A stretch of DNA of 64,000 nt from an uncultured Candidatus Poseidoniales archaeon (GTDB lineage Archaea; Thermoplasmatota; Poseidoniia; Poseidoniales; Poseidoniaceae), in contig CAJIYT010000013.1 in the NCBI GenBank assembly GCA_905181715.1, forward strand, positions 10,942-74,941, read 5' to 3'. Made by a program: the position numbers and the translations under genes. Under the pieces are notes generated by a model. It searched no databases. It saw only the letters and a program-made list of their open reading frames with translations, and was not told the DNA's origin. Positions 36,001 to 45,314 of this stretch are shown here, piece by piece. The stretch's first letter is position 1, and every line of letters starts with the position of its first letter.

Positions 36001-36643
36001 GTTTGATCATTGCCTCGATGACTATACCCTCATTCGTATTGAACTCGAACTCGGAATCGTAATTTATTTCTATTTCCACATAGTCATCCTCACCATCAAA
36101 ACGCAATGCGAAATCAGCACCTGGCCCAACTTCTACTACTCCGAATACCGGGAAATATTGTGGGTCATCTTCTAAGTCATTCCAAGAGTTTTCCAAGATA
36201 TCACCTAAATTTGTACCGGTGATGTGGACATAATCCTCATCGCTACCCTGCACTGGTTGCCCTTCTCCCCAGTTACGGTAGGTGAATGGTGTGCCATCGT
36301 GCCAGCGGAAATCTCCTTCGGTATTGTAGTCCGAAAGACCAATCCAGATGTGACGTGTTGCGTTTTCAGTGGCGGCGAAAGTGTCGAACAACCATTGGTT
36401 CTCTGCAGCATTGTCAACGGTGACCAAGAAGCCATCAAGACCTCTAGCTGCCTCGGCAGCATCGCTCCACGAAGAGGCCGAAAGCAAATGGTAAGTGTTG
36501 TTATTGGCGGGGTTAATCACGGTCTCAATAATTTCTATTCCAGTGCTATTTTCAGCACTTGTAGACATAGTCATAGGACCAAAGCCAACCATCAGCAATA
36601 TTAGCAATGCGAGAAAACTTTGCCTTTTGCGATTATTTGTCAT
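32975..36643 (-). CDS. giant type-I membrane surface protein: signal peptide, C-type lectin-like domain, LamG/ConA-like domain, about 4 PPC-like beta-sandwich modules, EF-hand/TSP3-like Ca-binding repeats, TM, acidic cytoplasmic tail
   Basis: Signal peptide: FLALLILLMVGFGP. CTLD: WSDAAEAARGLDGFLVTV..ENQWL, HIWIGLSDYNTEGDFRWHDGTPFTYRNWGEGQP, WNDL. LamG: ALRFDGEDDYVEI ... IDDVAISP. PPC-like repeats: YFYVDL..GRGNADLYIQ, HFYIEV..GFGEATIYM, LFYVTL. Ca-binding: DKDENGLLD, DLNDDGMVSLQE, DRDGDGTPDDEDAFPDDGTEQKDSDGDGVGDNSD. TM: GIIGLILIVFLAIMLF, followed by about 130 aa. Confidence 0.85.
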   Translation of the reverse strand: MTNNRKRQSFLALLILLMVGFGPMTMSTSAENSTGIEIIETVINPANNNTYHLLSASSWSDAAEAARGLDGFLVTVDNAAENQWLFDTFAATENATRHIWIGLSDYNTEGDFRWHDGTPFTYRNWGEGQPVQGSDEDYVHITGTNLGDILENSWNDLEDDPQYFPVFGVVEVGPGADFALRFDGEDDYVEIEINYDSEFEFNTNEGIVIEAMIKPFELEGKQFITMKGDYGWGLYLDGDKLAYASEYSLSKHPQSNLTIPSDDWVKVRVDIYPGNGGGKFFIDDEFAGNISSEDAKIPTGDFGSNSCYENNDTCDELYIGRMGAACDCNHFAGMIDDVAISPYSSYGNGEEAAEVFWNKFSNWTFNEGEGTSTFDENSREGIINGAAWVMPDGGIVAQAVKLENDEFLDLPDISKNKTLLFYLEIPDNTLSLTLQSWTGGWGQGGGGFESQGVEIYVANGYIPSPWEHDKHIQSEWFYLSEQWSMPDNGTWWIVLTSESDIPEITIGASWQEAAVPPPLEEMTELNDGVAVTGLKSINNGNSAENVQYFYVDLKDNLSELQVKTFGGRGNADLYIQKDYIPSTSQIGINDDFIDIGITEEISQDASSTKTLDQSTNPGPEESVHLFAAEPGIYYIVVQGYGRFSEVSIQADFTYAPTNVDPEDAIELTDGIEHGPMTGYSGLEQHFYIEVTTGVERLEVDLAKGFGEATIYMRHELVPTQLTFDHASAAPDSNDKIGFNNPTPGRWNIMITSQKVFSNVFITASFEDLYVWEYDGLPLELYSDDEMQGLEAPAGEELLFYVTLVEPGNQLSIKTFAGQGSLLITVEGERRQFVFDDEGMGGGPGRQNTQGQEIMEVSEGDGTGQSVEIFLPAAGRFDITVTAIDDFSGVSIIASWQEEGGLVEPEPKEDEPTSILTCQQISEQVFTVSDKDENGLLDVNEAWQDDIDEDIFVRVDLNDDGMVSLQELKQEVCSCSNEITLVFEQYGADEVGIEALSALSWSNEFNLLVIDRDANTKISDAEVSRESLACTTTYSAFDRDGDGTPDDEDAFPDDGTEQKDSDGDGVGDNSDIIASVPNDLVYAGGGIIGLILIVFLAIMLFSMRSQKNSEDEAWSDTTSFDSMTDVMLGMDEPNLMSPSEDIKNQSSESEMAMMPIDVGNLSQPIPAASIDLNLNDLFDGDEAVEKPPANLMGMLGDDGNESIEWPSGSGQTWSRSSPDDSWS

Positions 36644-36704
36644 GCCCTAAGGGCATGGTGGATAGTTTTGAACCTGCCCACTCCCTGACAAGTCGAAATT
36701 ATCT

Positions 36705-39700
36705 TCATTTGAGCTTCTTTCCAGCAATTCTTATATCGCTTTTCAGTGGCATTTGATGTTCCCATGCAAACTCTTTGACAACACGCCAACCCTTGTCACT
36801 ACCCTCGTAATCTGTAATCTCGATGGTTTTATTGCGGGTATTGGCTTTGAAGGCAGCGATTGGTTCTGCATTTCTGAATACTAGATAGGCTGAACCGAAG
36901 CCAAATTTCTGCTTTAATACATCAGAGAAATATGGAGCGATAGGGTCGGAAGGCGGAAGGACGAAATCACGAATTGGGCTAACTCCCTTGGCATCGTTAA
37001 GTAGATTCTTTCGTCCCCAACATACTTCGTGCAAATCTTGGATTAGGAACCCTTTGATCAAGGTACCATCTTGCTCGAAATCTGTTAGAACTGCCTTGAG
37101 TTCCTCAGGTTTGAAAGGAGTGCCGGCTAATTTGATAAATTGTTTAAGGGTAATTACTGGATATTCCGACACTAAATTGCGCAAGAACTCCTTTCTTAAT
37201 ACAACAGGATCTGCTGATGCATCCATATGGACCGCCCTAAATCCAGCACGATAATCCTGGACTATGTGGCCACTACGAATCAGTGGTTGAATCAATTTTC
37301 TAAATTCGGCTCTTTTCATAGCATGGCGCTCCATGAATATATTCGGGTCGGAATTACCAGTGAAATAATCAATAATATCAAGCAACTCTTCAGGCGGTTC
37401 TTGTCCTCTAATAGCCAGTAATTTAGCAAAGTGGTCATGTGAAGCCCAGACCTGATGTCCTCTGAGGTTAATCCCTTGGTGCAAGCGATGAGCGCTAGCC
37501 ATATTCTTCAGTCCAACTCTGAATAATTCAGTTCTTCCACGCAACGCGAAATCATCCCGAATTTCATCAATTTTATCGAGTGCTCGAATCTCGTTTTCCA
37601 ATCGTGTTTCTTGATGCAAATGATGACGATGGAATAATGCACGTTCAGCAATTTCTCGTGGCTGCGGGTCTACGATGCCTCCACGAATCATCCTCTCTCC
37701 TGCTGTCTTGAAGCCAATTCGCTTTAGAGCATCCAATGTTTCCTCATCGAGAGAGGAAACAGGTTCACCATTAAAATTAGAGAGAACAGATACATCGACC
37801 AATTGATCGGCGTGATTATCCAATAATTTTTCAAAGGATTGGCAGAATTCATCAAGATAGGCATAAGGTATGTGGATGTCTTTTATCTCAAGATAATCGT
37901 TAACCTTGAACATCAATACCTTGCCAATAGGGTCAACTCCCTTGAATACTGGAAGATACCAACCGCGATCCAAAGTAGAACGCACCTCCCAAATAAAGCG
38001 CGACACATAGGGGTCGGATTGGGTCAGAATACGCATTGTCCGGTCTTCACGTCTTGGATGGTTGAGTAGAGTGACTTCCTCTGGCACGACATAGAATGCT
38101 TCGGGTTCTGGTACCAATGCCATCACTTTGGTAATTCGTCCAGCACGCTCCATCTCGGCTAGAGTCATGGCCAAATCCTCGACACTTCGCGAAACCAAAT
38201 ATCGTAATGTAAAGGCTCGAATTGGTCCGATTCTCCGGATGACTTCGACTAACGAATCACCAAAATCCATCGCAGTGTAATTATCTATGACGCGATGGAA
38301 TAGGCTTAATCTTCGTCGTCGACCAACTACATCCTCGAATTGCTTCACCACGCACATTTGTCGTTCAAGATTAGAAAGTGCATTCTTCAAGTCACGCTGT
38401 AAGGAGGTGTAATCATCGCCCTTTGGGAAGTCAGCCATTACCTCTTGTCGAGTTAGATTATCATCGGCGGGTATTTTCTCAAGAATCATCTTTTCCATCT
38501 CGCCAAGCCATGGTTCAGGTTTCATTCCCAATAGCATAGGCAGGTTTTTCTTGGTGCAATATCCGATTCTATTATGCAATAATCTTCCCATCAACATGTC
38601 ACTGTCAAGTTGCAAATCTTTCCAATCAGAGAAGCGGAAATCTGCGACACGGTAAAGTAATTCTTGTTGCTTTTGGAATAGGACGTGCTCGTCAAAGGCA
38701 GTGAATGCATCGGGGTATATCTTGAATGACTTGTCCATGACCAAGTTTTGAACCCAGCGATATTCGACAACCTCTTCAGTTCCGCCTGTGATTCGGTGTT
38801 CGTCGATTCGAAGAATATACTCGGCATCTTCGGTTTGGCTAAAGAACCCGACAGAGATGACATTCCTAACCTCCAATTCATGCAGTATTTTGTCGATTTG
38901 TGATTTTGGGAATGGTAATCTATCGATCAACACATCTCCTGTTTGTGGACCTTCACTACCCAGCATTTCAATAATTTTAACCCGCAATGACTCGTGTGGG
39001 TCGATAATCGCAATCTTCTCCCATTTAGTAGGAATCATGCCATCAAATTCAACAGCCAATTCGAATTCTAAACCTCTAGTGTAAAGATCTCGTAAATCTT
39101 TGGCATCCTTTCCACCATGCATTGCAAGGCAACCTAGAGTTCCATGAACTTCAGCCATATACGATGAGAACCACTTGCCATCGAGTTCCTCCATGCCAGT
39201 ACCTCTTAGTTTCGTGATACTATTATTGTTGACTAATTCCTCGACCCATCCTTTGATGACATCGTGTGAAATACCTTCCAATCGATTAGCATAGAGTGGG
39301 TTATCCCAATCTCGATTTAATCCTCCACCTTTTGCCATTAGATTGAGCAAGGAATTTGCATCGGAAGGGATAGGTACCTTTTCATTGAAATATTGAGCCA
39401 ACTCCTCATCGTTTAATTCAGTTGCAAGACTCCTTGTCCCAAGTAAGCGCTTCAATACTTCGGGATCGATATCCTTGATTAGGAATGCTCGAGTTCGCAT
39501 AGAGAGTAAATCTTCGAAGGAACTCATGTAGAGACTCATACCCAGTTTCGATGGCATCTGCACTTTTGAATGGACTAAGCGTACATCTGATTGTTTCGAT
39601 CGCTCTAAGAAATCCAGCAAACCTGCTAAGTCAATATCTCCATTGAAAATTTCTTGCTTCGCTTCTCGCATCAATAAGCTATCTTCGAGGTTTCTGTGTT

Positions 39701-41972
39701 TTTGTAACAATGCATCGGCCTTTTGCTGGAAGTGCTGTGGACTAACTTCCTCTGCCCCGATACGCTTGGGTATGATTAATGAGCGACCGGCAACTTCTCT
39801 GAAACGCTTAGCAAAGATCTGAGTGCTAACTACGTATCGTTCTAGGATTTCCATGTGATTTCCTGTTTTGAAAGCCTCATACATCATAGAAGGACCGACC
39901 TCTCCACTAGTTTTGAACAGTAGACCATTCTCATCGAAAGATAATTCCAGAACTGAGATGCCATTGTCTTCAGCAATTCCTGCCATTAAATATCCCAGGG
40001 CGGTATTGAATGCACGGCCACGACAAGAGGTTATCAGATATGTGGGCATTCCACCTGATACGATTTGCTCGACCAAGATTTTATCATGGTCTGGAACTTG
40101 AAATGAATCAATACAATGCTCCTCGAGATGTCTCGACATCGAGTTTGCAACTTCTGCCGATAGGCCGTATACCTCACGCAAAATTTTCCGTGGATCTTGT
40201 TGGCGACGTAAGGTTACCAGACAATTCTCTAATAGATCGAGTAGAGCACTCGACAATTCTTTCGAGCGTGAACGTGCTTCACCAGCCCAAGATGGAACGG
40301 TTGGTCGGTAACCAGTGACCGAGGTGACATTGACTCTTGTTCCTTGTATGTTGACCACTCTATAGGTTGAACCACCAAGAAGAATAACATCTCCACCACG
40401 CAGATTTGAAACGAAAGACGACGATAATTTACCTAAGACTGCACCTTCAGCATTGAATACAAGATATGAGTTGTCAGGAGCAATAGTACCGATGTTTGTA
40501 TAGTATATCATGCGTGAATAACCACGCTTTCCATAGAGGTTCTCCTCCCAATCGATCCAGATTCTTCGCTCGTCCTCGAGCATATCCAATACCTCGATAA
40601 AATCATCATAGGGGAATGCTCGAAATGACCATGAGGAGGTTACGATTTCAAAAGCCTCATCAATATCTAACTCATTGATGATAACCAATCCTATCAAGAA
40701 TTGGGCCAGTACATCGAGACTATTGGTTGGGAAGTGTAATTCATCCATTTCTCCTGCTTGAATAGCGGACTGTAAAGCCGCTAGTTCTAGCAGATCATCG
40801 ACACTTGTTGGAAGGAAGCGAGCTCTTGGAACTCCACCTACATGGTGCCCTGCACGTCCAATTCTTTGCAAGGCAGTGGCTATGTCTCCGGGGCTACCAA
40901 TTTGTAAAACCAAATCGACTGAACCGATATCAATACCCATCTCCAAAGACGAAGAGGTGACACAGGCACGTAATTCACCCATCTTCAAACGCTTCTCTAC
41001 ATCCAGACGAATGCGTTTATCCATCGAGCCGTGGTGACCAGCGATTTTTTCACCGAGATGGGGGCGCAATTTCTGAACTATAGTTTCAGTCATCTTCCTG
41101 GTATTAGCGAATACCAATGTAGTATTGTGAGCGGTAATAAAATCAGCGATCATCTCGATATTCCCTTCGAGGATTTTCATCACGCTCATGTCGTTAAAAC
41201 GCGCATTTGGTAGAATTATGTCGAGATCAAGTTCTCTTGCACCACTGACTTTGGCTATGTAGACAGTTACGGTATCATCATTGCTAGGTACAAGATATTC
41301 TGCAACCATATTCAATGGTTCCATCGTTGCAGAAATACCGATTCTTTGTACTGGATTCAATAAATGAGTGTCCAAAAAAGCCATGGTCAATGACAGATGA
41401 ACACCCCTTTTCGTAGGTACCAATGCATGCATTTCATCAATTATCAGCCATTCTACCTCTGCAATAATTGGTTGGAATCTCTTTGAGGAGATTGCAATAG
41501 CCATGCTTTCAGGGGTCGTGATTAGAATGTGTGGGGGCTTACGCAGCATCTTTTGCCGGTCTGATTGCGAGGTGTCACCGGTCCTAAGCCCAACCCGTAT
41601 CTCTTGTGCACGATCTGGGAGATACTTTTGTTTAATTTCGGTCAGTGGACCAATGAGGTTTCTTTGAATATCATTTGCTAGAGCTTTAATCGGTGAGATG
41701 TATATGCAGTAGACCTGATTCTTCAGATTGTTATCCAAAGCCAAGCGAGTTAATTTATCAATGATAGTCAAAAAGGCAGTCAGAGTTTTACCAGAACCAG
41801 TTGGAGAGCATAGAAGCAGATTACCGCCATTTATTATAGTTGGAATCGCTAATTTCTGAGGATCAGTAAAATCAGGGAATTTGGCTGTAAACCAATTGCG
41901 AACAGGGCCACAGAGAGACTCTAACAGCTCCTCTTTACTCACTGGATTATCAAGATACTCAATTACAGGCAT
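36705..41972 (-). CDS. lhr: Lhr-family superfamily-2 DNA helicase, long form with about 870-aa C-terminal extension
   Basis: Lhr N-terminus WFTAKFPDFTDPQKLAIPTIINGGNLLLCSPTGSGKTL, YISPIKALANDIQRNL, DEMHAL (DExH), TSSLEMGIDIG and QRIGRAGH. ATG 41972 is preceded by a G-rich SD; the track ORF extends to 42023. Confidence 0.9.
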   Translation of the reverse strand: MPVIEYLDNPVSKEELLESLCGPVRNWFTAKFPDFTDPQKLAIPTIINGGNLLLCSPTGSGKTLTAFLTIIDKLTRLALDNNLKNQVYCIYISPIKALANDIQRNLIGPLTEIKQKYLPDRAQEIRVGLRTGDTSQSDRQKMLRKPPHILITTPESMAIAISSKRFQPIIAEVEWLIIDEMHALVPTKRGVHLSLTMAFLDTHLLNPVQRIGISATMEPLNMVAEYLVPSNDDTVTVYIAKVSGARELDLDIILPNARFNDMSVMKILEGNIEMIADFITAHNTTLVFANTRKMTETIVQKLRPHLGEKIAGHHGSMDKRIRLDVEKRLKMGELRACVTSSSLEMGIDIGSVDLVLQIGSPGDIATALQRIGRAGHHVGGVPRARFLPTSVDDLLELAALQSAIQAGEMDELHFPTNSLDVLAQFLIGLVIINELDIDEAFEIVTSSWSFRAFPYDDFIEVLDMLEDERRIWIDWEENLYGKRGYSRMIYYTNIGTIAPDNSYLVFNAEGAVLGKLSSSFVSNLRGGDVILLGGSTYRVVNIQGTRVNVTSVTGYRPTVPSWAGEARSRSKELSSALLDLLENCLVTLRRQQDPRKILREVYGLSAEVANSMSRHLEEHCIDSFQVPDHDKILVEQIVSGGMPTYLITSCRGRAFNTALGYLMAGIAEDNGISVLELSFDENGLLFKTSGEVGPSMMYEAFKTGNHMEILERYVVSTQIFAKRFREVAGRSLIIPKRIGAEEVSPQHFQQKADALLQKHRNLEDSLLMREAKQEIFNGDIDLAGLLDFLERSKQSDVRLVHSKVQMPSKLGMSLYMSSFEDLLSMRTRAFLIKDIDPEVLKRLLGTRSLATELNDEELAQYFNEKVPIPSDANSLLNLMAKGGGLNRDWDNPLYANRLEGISHDVIKGWVEELVNNNSITKLRGTGMEELDGKWFSSYMAEVHGTLGCLAMHGGKDAKDLRDLYTRGLEFELAVEFDGMIPTKWEKIAIIDPHESLRVKIIEMLGSEGPQTGDVLIDRLPFPKSQIDKILHELEVRNVISVGFFSQTEDAEYILRIDEHRITGGTEEVVEYRWVQNLVMDKSFKIYPDAFTAFDEHVLFQKQQELLYRVADFRFSDWKDLQLDSDMLMGRLLHNRIGYCTKKNLPMLLGMKPEPWLGEMEKMILEKIPADDNLTRQEVMADFPKGDDYTSLQRDLKNALSNLERQMCVVKQFEDVVGRRRRLSLFHRVIDNYTAMDFGDSLVEVIRRIGPIRAFTLRYLVSRSVEDLAMTLAEMERAGRITKVMALVPEPEAFYVVPEEVTLLNHPRREDRTMRILTQSDPYVSRFIWEVRSTLDRGWYLPVFKGVDPIGKVLMFKVNDYLEIKDIHIPYAYLDEFCQSFEKLLDNHADQLVDVSVLSNFNGEPVSSLDEETLDALKRIGFKTAGERMIRGGIVDPQPREIAERALFHRHHLHQETRLENEIRALDKIDEIRDDFALRGRTELFRVGLKNMASAHRLHQGINLRGHQVWASHDHFAKLLAIRGQEPPEELLDIIDYFTGNSDPNIFMERHAMKRAEFRKLIQPLIRSGHIVQDYRAGFRAVHMDASADPVVLRKEFLRNLVSEYPVITLKQFIKLAGTPFKPEELKAVLTDFEQDGTLIKGFLIQDLHEVCWGRKNLLNDAKGVSPIRDFVLPPSDPIAPYFSDVLKQKFGFGSAYLVFRNAEPIAAFKANTRNKTIEITDYEGSDKGWRVVKEFAWEHQMPLKSDIRIAGKKLK

Positions 41973-42121
41973 TTTATCCCCCCTATTACGGTAGAGGGAG
42001 AGCGAGTGAGACGAGTTATTCAATCCTTCGATTTATGGCTACAATAAAGTTCGGCTGAATCTGGACTATTCCGCGCCGAGATAAGGGTTTGACTATTGTA
42101 TGACTACCTCGCCCAAAGCGC

Positions 42122-43792
42122 ATGGTCGAGTTCTCGGAGCAGCGCCTTGGAAGTTTGGTCAGTATCCTACGACGGCGTGGAATTATCTTGCCAGCATTTG
42201 AAATCCACGGCGGTGCTAAGGGTTTCTATGACTTTGGCCCAGTCGGCGGAAGATTACATCGTAGAGTAATTCAGCACTGGGTCAGCCATTGGTTGAAAAA
42301 CGGCAATATCGTTGAACTCTCCTGTCCCACTGTGACTCCATTTCAAGTGCTTGAAGCCAGTGGGCATGTCGGTGAATTTAGTGATTCGATGACCACTTGC
42401 AATTCCTGTGAGGAAGCTAGCCGTGCAGATCTTATCTTGGAAGATTTCCACCCGAACCCCGATGCCCTCTCAATGGAGGAATTACAGGATTTACTTGAGA
42501 GGTCACAACCGGCCTGTCCTTCATGTGGGCAAAGTGATTGGAGTTCAGTCGAACTTCAGAATTTGATGTTTAATACCGCTATCGGCAGTGGTAAGAGTGC
42601 TAAGGCCGGGTTTTTGCGGCCAGAAACCGCACAAGGTATGTTTACTTCCTTCCCATCCATTTATCGCCATTTTAGAGAGAGGTTACCATTTGGTGCATTG
42701 CAGGTTGGTAAGGGCTACCGTAATGAAATCGCACCTCGCCAAGGTATGATTAGATTACGCGAATTCAATATGGCTGAACTAGAATACTTTATTGATCCCG
42801 AAGCACCATTGTCAGAGGAAATAGATGGCTGGTCAGAACCAGTTAATTTAATTGCAGATGGTAAGGGAGAAGAGAGTTTAACTTTCTCTGCAGCACTTAA
42901 GCAAGGTATGATTCGCCATACAACCGTTGCAGATTTCATGTCTAAAACAATGACTTTTTTGGTCGAGGTCGGTATTGATGCGAATCTGATTCGTTTCAGG
43001 CAACATGAGGCGGATGAGATGGCGCATTATGCTCGAGACTGTTGGGATGCTGAAGTATACGGTTCATATGGCTGGGTAGAATGTGTTGGTATCGCTCATC
43101 GTGGTTGTTACGACTTAGAAGCACATGAAAATGCAACAGGTCAACGCCTTAGAGCTTGGCGTGGCTTTTCAGAACCGAGGATTGAGCAGGTCGATGGTTG
43201 GACAATAGATGGTGCAGTCGCTGGACCAGTATTCCGTGGCGACGCAGGTAGTATCAAAATCGCCTTGGAGAAGTTGCCTGCTGATGTATCATTTCCACTT
43301 GAAGTAGCAATCGATGAACGAATGGTCAAGGTTTCGCAGGAGCATGTGAAACGTGTACAGAGAACTGAATCCATCGCAGGTGAGTGGTATATCCCTCATG
43401 TTATCGAACCAGCCTTTGGTATCGATCGAATTATCTGGCATATTTTAGACCATGCGTTTAACGATACTGGAAAGGATGGAGAAGAATATTCGATGTTGAG
43501 ATTCAAGGCTGCGGTTGCTCCTGTCGATTATTGTGTGTTACCACTCTTCGAAAAAGATGGCATGGGTGAATTAGCATTGAAAATTCATCAAAGGTTGTGC
43601 GCAGAAGCGAATGTGGTGTCAATTCTTGATGGGAGTGGATCAATAGGTCGTAGATACGCACGGGCTGATGAGATTGGTGTGCCGATTTGTATAACCGTCG
43701 ACCATCAATCGGTAGAAGATGGGACAGTCACTCTTCGACAACGTGATGATGGTAGTCAAACCCGTATTAACATCTCAGATCTTACCAGTTGA
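42122..43792 (+). CDS. glyS: glycyl-tRNA synthetase (archaeal/eukaryotic class II type)
   Basis: FEIHGGAKGFYDFGPVGGRL, FLRPETAQG, YRNEIAPRQGMIRLREFNMAELEYF, and PHVIEPAFGIDRI. Confidence 0.9.
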   Translation: MVEFSEQRLGSLVSILRRRGIILPAFEIHGGAKGFYDFGPVGGRLHRRVIQHWVSHWLKNGNIVELSCPTVTPFQVLEASGHVGEFSDSMTTCNSCEEASRADLILEDFHPNPDALSMEELQDLLERSQPACPSCGQSDWSSVELQNLMFNTAIGSGKSAKAGFLRPETAQGMFTSFPSIYRHFRERLPFGALQVGKGYRNEIAPRQGMIRLREFNMAELEYFIDPEAPLSEEIDGWSEPVNLIADGKGEESLTFSAALKQGMIRHTTVADFMSKTMTFLVEVGIDANLIRFRQHEADEMAHYARDCWDAEVYGSYGWVECVGIAHRGCYDLEAHENATGQRLRAWRGFSEPRIEQVDGWTIDGAVAGPVFRGDAGSIKIALEKLPADVSFPLEVAIDERMVKVSQEHVKRVQRTESIAGEWYIPHVIEPAFGIDRIIWHILDHAFNDTGKDGEEYSMLRFKAAVAPVDYCVLPLFEKDGMGELALKIHQRLCAEANVVSILDGSGSIGRRYARADEIGVPICITVDHQSVEDGTVTLRQRDDGSQTRINISDLTS

Positions 43793-43807
43793 TTAGCACC
43801 AAGGTTC

Positions 43808-45313
43808 TTGGAGTGCTGGCCATACGAGAGTGGTGTGAACCTCAGTGATTGGACCGAGCGTTACCGACCTGAGACCGAGCGTCAGCTCGAGGGTAACGAG
43901 TCTAATCGCAAAATCATCCGTAATTGGTTGGAACAGTGGCAACATGGGCGACCAAAAAAGCCTGGACTACTATTGGTCGGTCCCCCGGGTGTCGGTAAGA
44001 CCACAATCGCCAGAGCGGTTGCTAACGACATGGGTTGGGACGTCATAGAATTGAACGCCTCGGATGCTAGAAATGCTGTGGCGATAAGAAAGGCTGCGAC
44101 CAATGCATCGACCCACCGGTCTTTATTCATGAGCAGTGATTCAAATAGAAGAACATTAATTCTCCTCGATGAAGTAGACCATCTAACAGGAGGACTGCGT
44201 GAACTTTCGGAAGAAAGGTTGAAGAAAAACCTCAGTAGAGATGAAACTGCAAAAGCTGTAAGTGGAGATAGTGGCGGTAAGGCCGAGTTACTGCGTCTAC
44301 TAACCGAGACCAAACAACCGGTCTTTCTAGCTTGTAATGAGGAAATGGGCTTGTGGGGCCGTGGTAGTTCATGGCGATCTACACGTGATCGATTTATGCG
44401 TCATCTTATCGCTATCAGATTCACCAGAGTCGGTAAAGATGGTTTACGAAGGGTTGCTAAAAAGATTCTTGCAAGTGAGAATTATACCGTCGATGGTGAT
44501 GCATTGGACGAATTGGTCGAGAGAAACCCTGGTGACCTCAGAGCCTTGGTGCGTGATTTGCAAGTGATTTCAACTATTGCAGAAACTCATATTTGTAAAA
44601 AGGATGTTCTGGCCCATTACCAACTGGGTCAACGTGACACATCATTAGAGGTATTCAGTGGCTTACAAGAACTCTACATGGCGAGGACTGCCGAGAAAGC
44701 CAGTAGTATTGCTCGGACACTAGACAAGAGTCCAGATGATCTCGTCGCTTGGGTTTCATGGAATAACGCTGCTGTAATGACTGATAGTTCTTCTATAAGC
44801 AGGGCTTCTAAGGCGCTGACTGTTGCTGATACCCTTCTTGCTTCCCGGTTCACAAATACAGCACAACGGTCCTGGTATTGGGGCTCACAATTAGCATCTC
44901 TAGCAGCAAGTGTAACCTCTAATGCTGGGCAAGAAGGTCGTATATACTGCTCATATCCTGATTTTTTACGTTATAGTGGAGCGTCTGTACGTAGTTCGAT
45001 AATCGAACGTCTCGCAGATACCTGTGGTTGTTCAAGAAGTGCGGTAATAGAGGAGATATTACCCCCATTATTGGCAGTTCAAAATGGTGATGGTGACGAT
45101 TTCTCAATCTCTTTGGCTTTAGGTCTTAGTCCAGAGGAGCATGCTTCACTCTCGGGATTGAATACCACTCATAGGTCGACCAAGGAATTGATGGAAAGGT
45201 ACTTACTCAAAATGAATAAAAAAGCAGAGATGCCAGTTGAGGAATCAATCGAAAACGCGCCTCCTCTTGAAGAGGAAAACACCGTTGATAGTGACCAAAA
45301 GACCCTATTTTGA
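43808..45313 (+). CDS. rfcL: replication factor C large subunit
   Basis: WTERYRP, LLLVGPPGVGKTT, ELNASDARN, LLDEVDHL and an acidic/Lys-rich C-terminal PCNA-binding-like tail. Start uncertain (TTG 43808 or GTG 43835). Confidence 0.85.
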   Translation: MECWPYESGVNLSDWTERYRPETERQLEGNESNRKIIRNWLEQWQHGRPKKPGLLLVGPPGVGKTTIARAVANDMGWDVIELNASDARNAVAIRKAATNASTHRSLFMSSDSNRRTLILLDEVDHLTGGLRELSEERLKKNLSRDETAKAVSGDSGGKAELLRLLTETKQPVFLACNEEMGLWGRGSSWRSTRDRFMRHLIAIRFTRVGKDGLRRVAKKILASENYTVDGDALDELVERNPGDLRALVRDLQVISTIAETHICKKDVLAHYQLGQRDTSLEVFSGLQELYMARTAEKASSIARTLDKSPDDLVAWVSWNNAAVMTDSSSISRASKALTVADTLLASRFTNTAQRSWYWGSQLASLAASVTSNAGQEGRIYCSYPDFLRYSGASVRSSIIERLADTCGCSRSAVIEEILPPLLAVQNGDGDDFSISLALGLSPEEHASLSGLNTTHRSTKELMERYLLKMNKKAEMPVEESIENAPPLEEENTVDSDQKTLF

Positions 45314-45314
45314 A

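Noticed and set aside
32975-36643. Possibility that the C-type-lectin-containing surface protein is a diversity-generating retroelement target
   Set aside because: DGR variable regions sit in a C-terminal CLec fold next to a template repeat and a reverse transcriptase. Here the lectin domain is N-terminal and of the classical animal type. I saw no near-identical repeat of it elsewhere in the window, and there is no RT gene.
36705-41972. Intein as the explanation for the unusual length of Lhr (also considered for EF-2 and RFC)
   Set aside because: The helicase motifs are contiguous and normally spaced. The extra length is entirely C-terminal. I saw no intein splice-junction or homing-endonuclease (LAGLIDADG/HNH) motifs.
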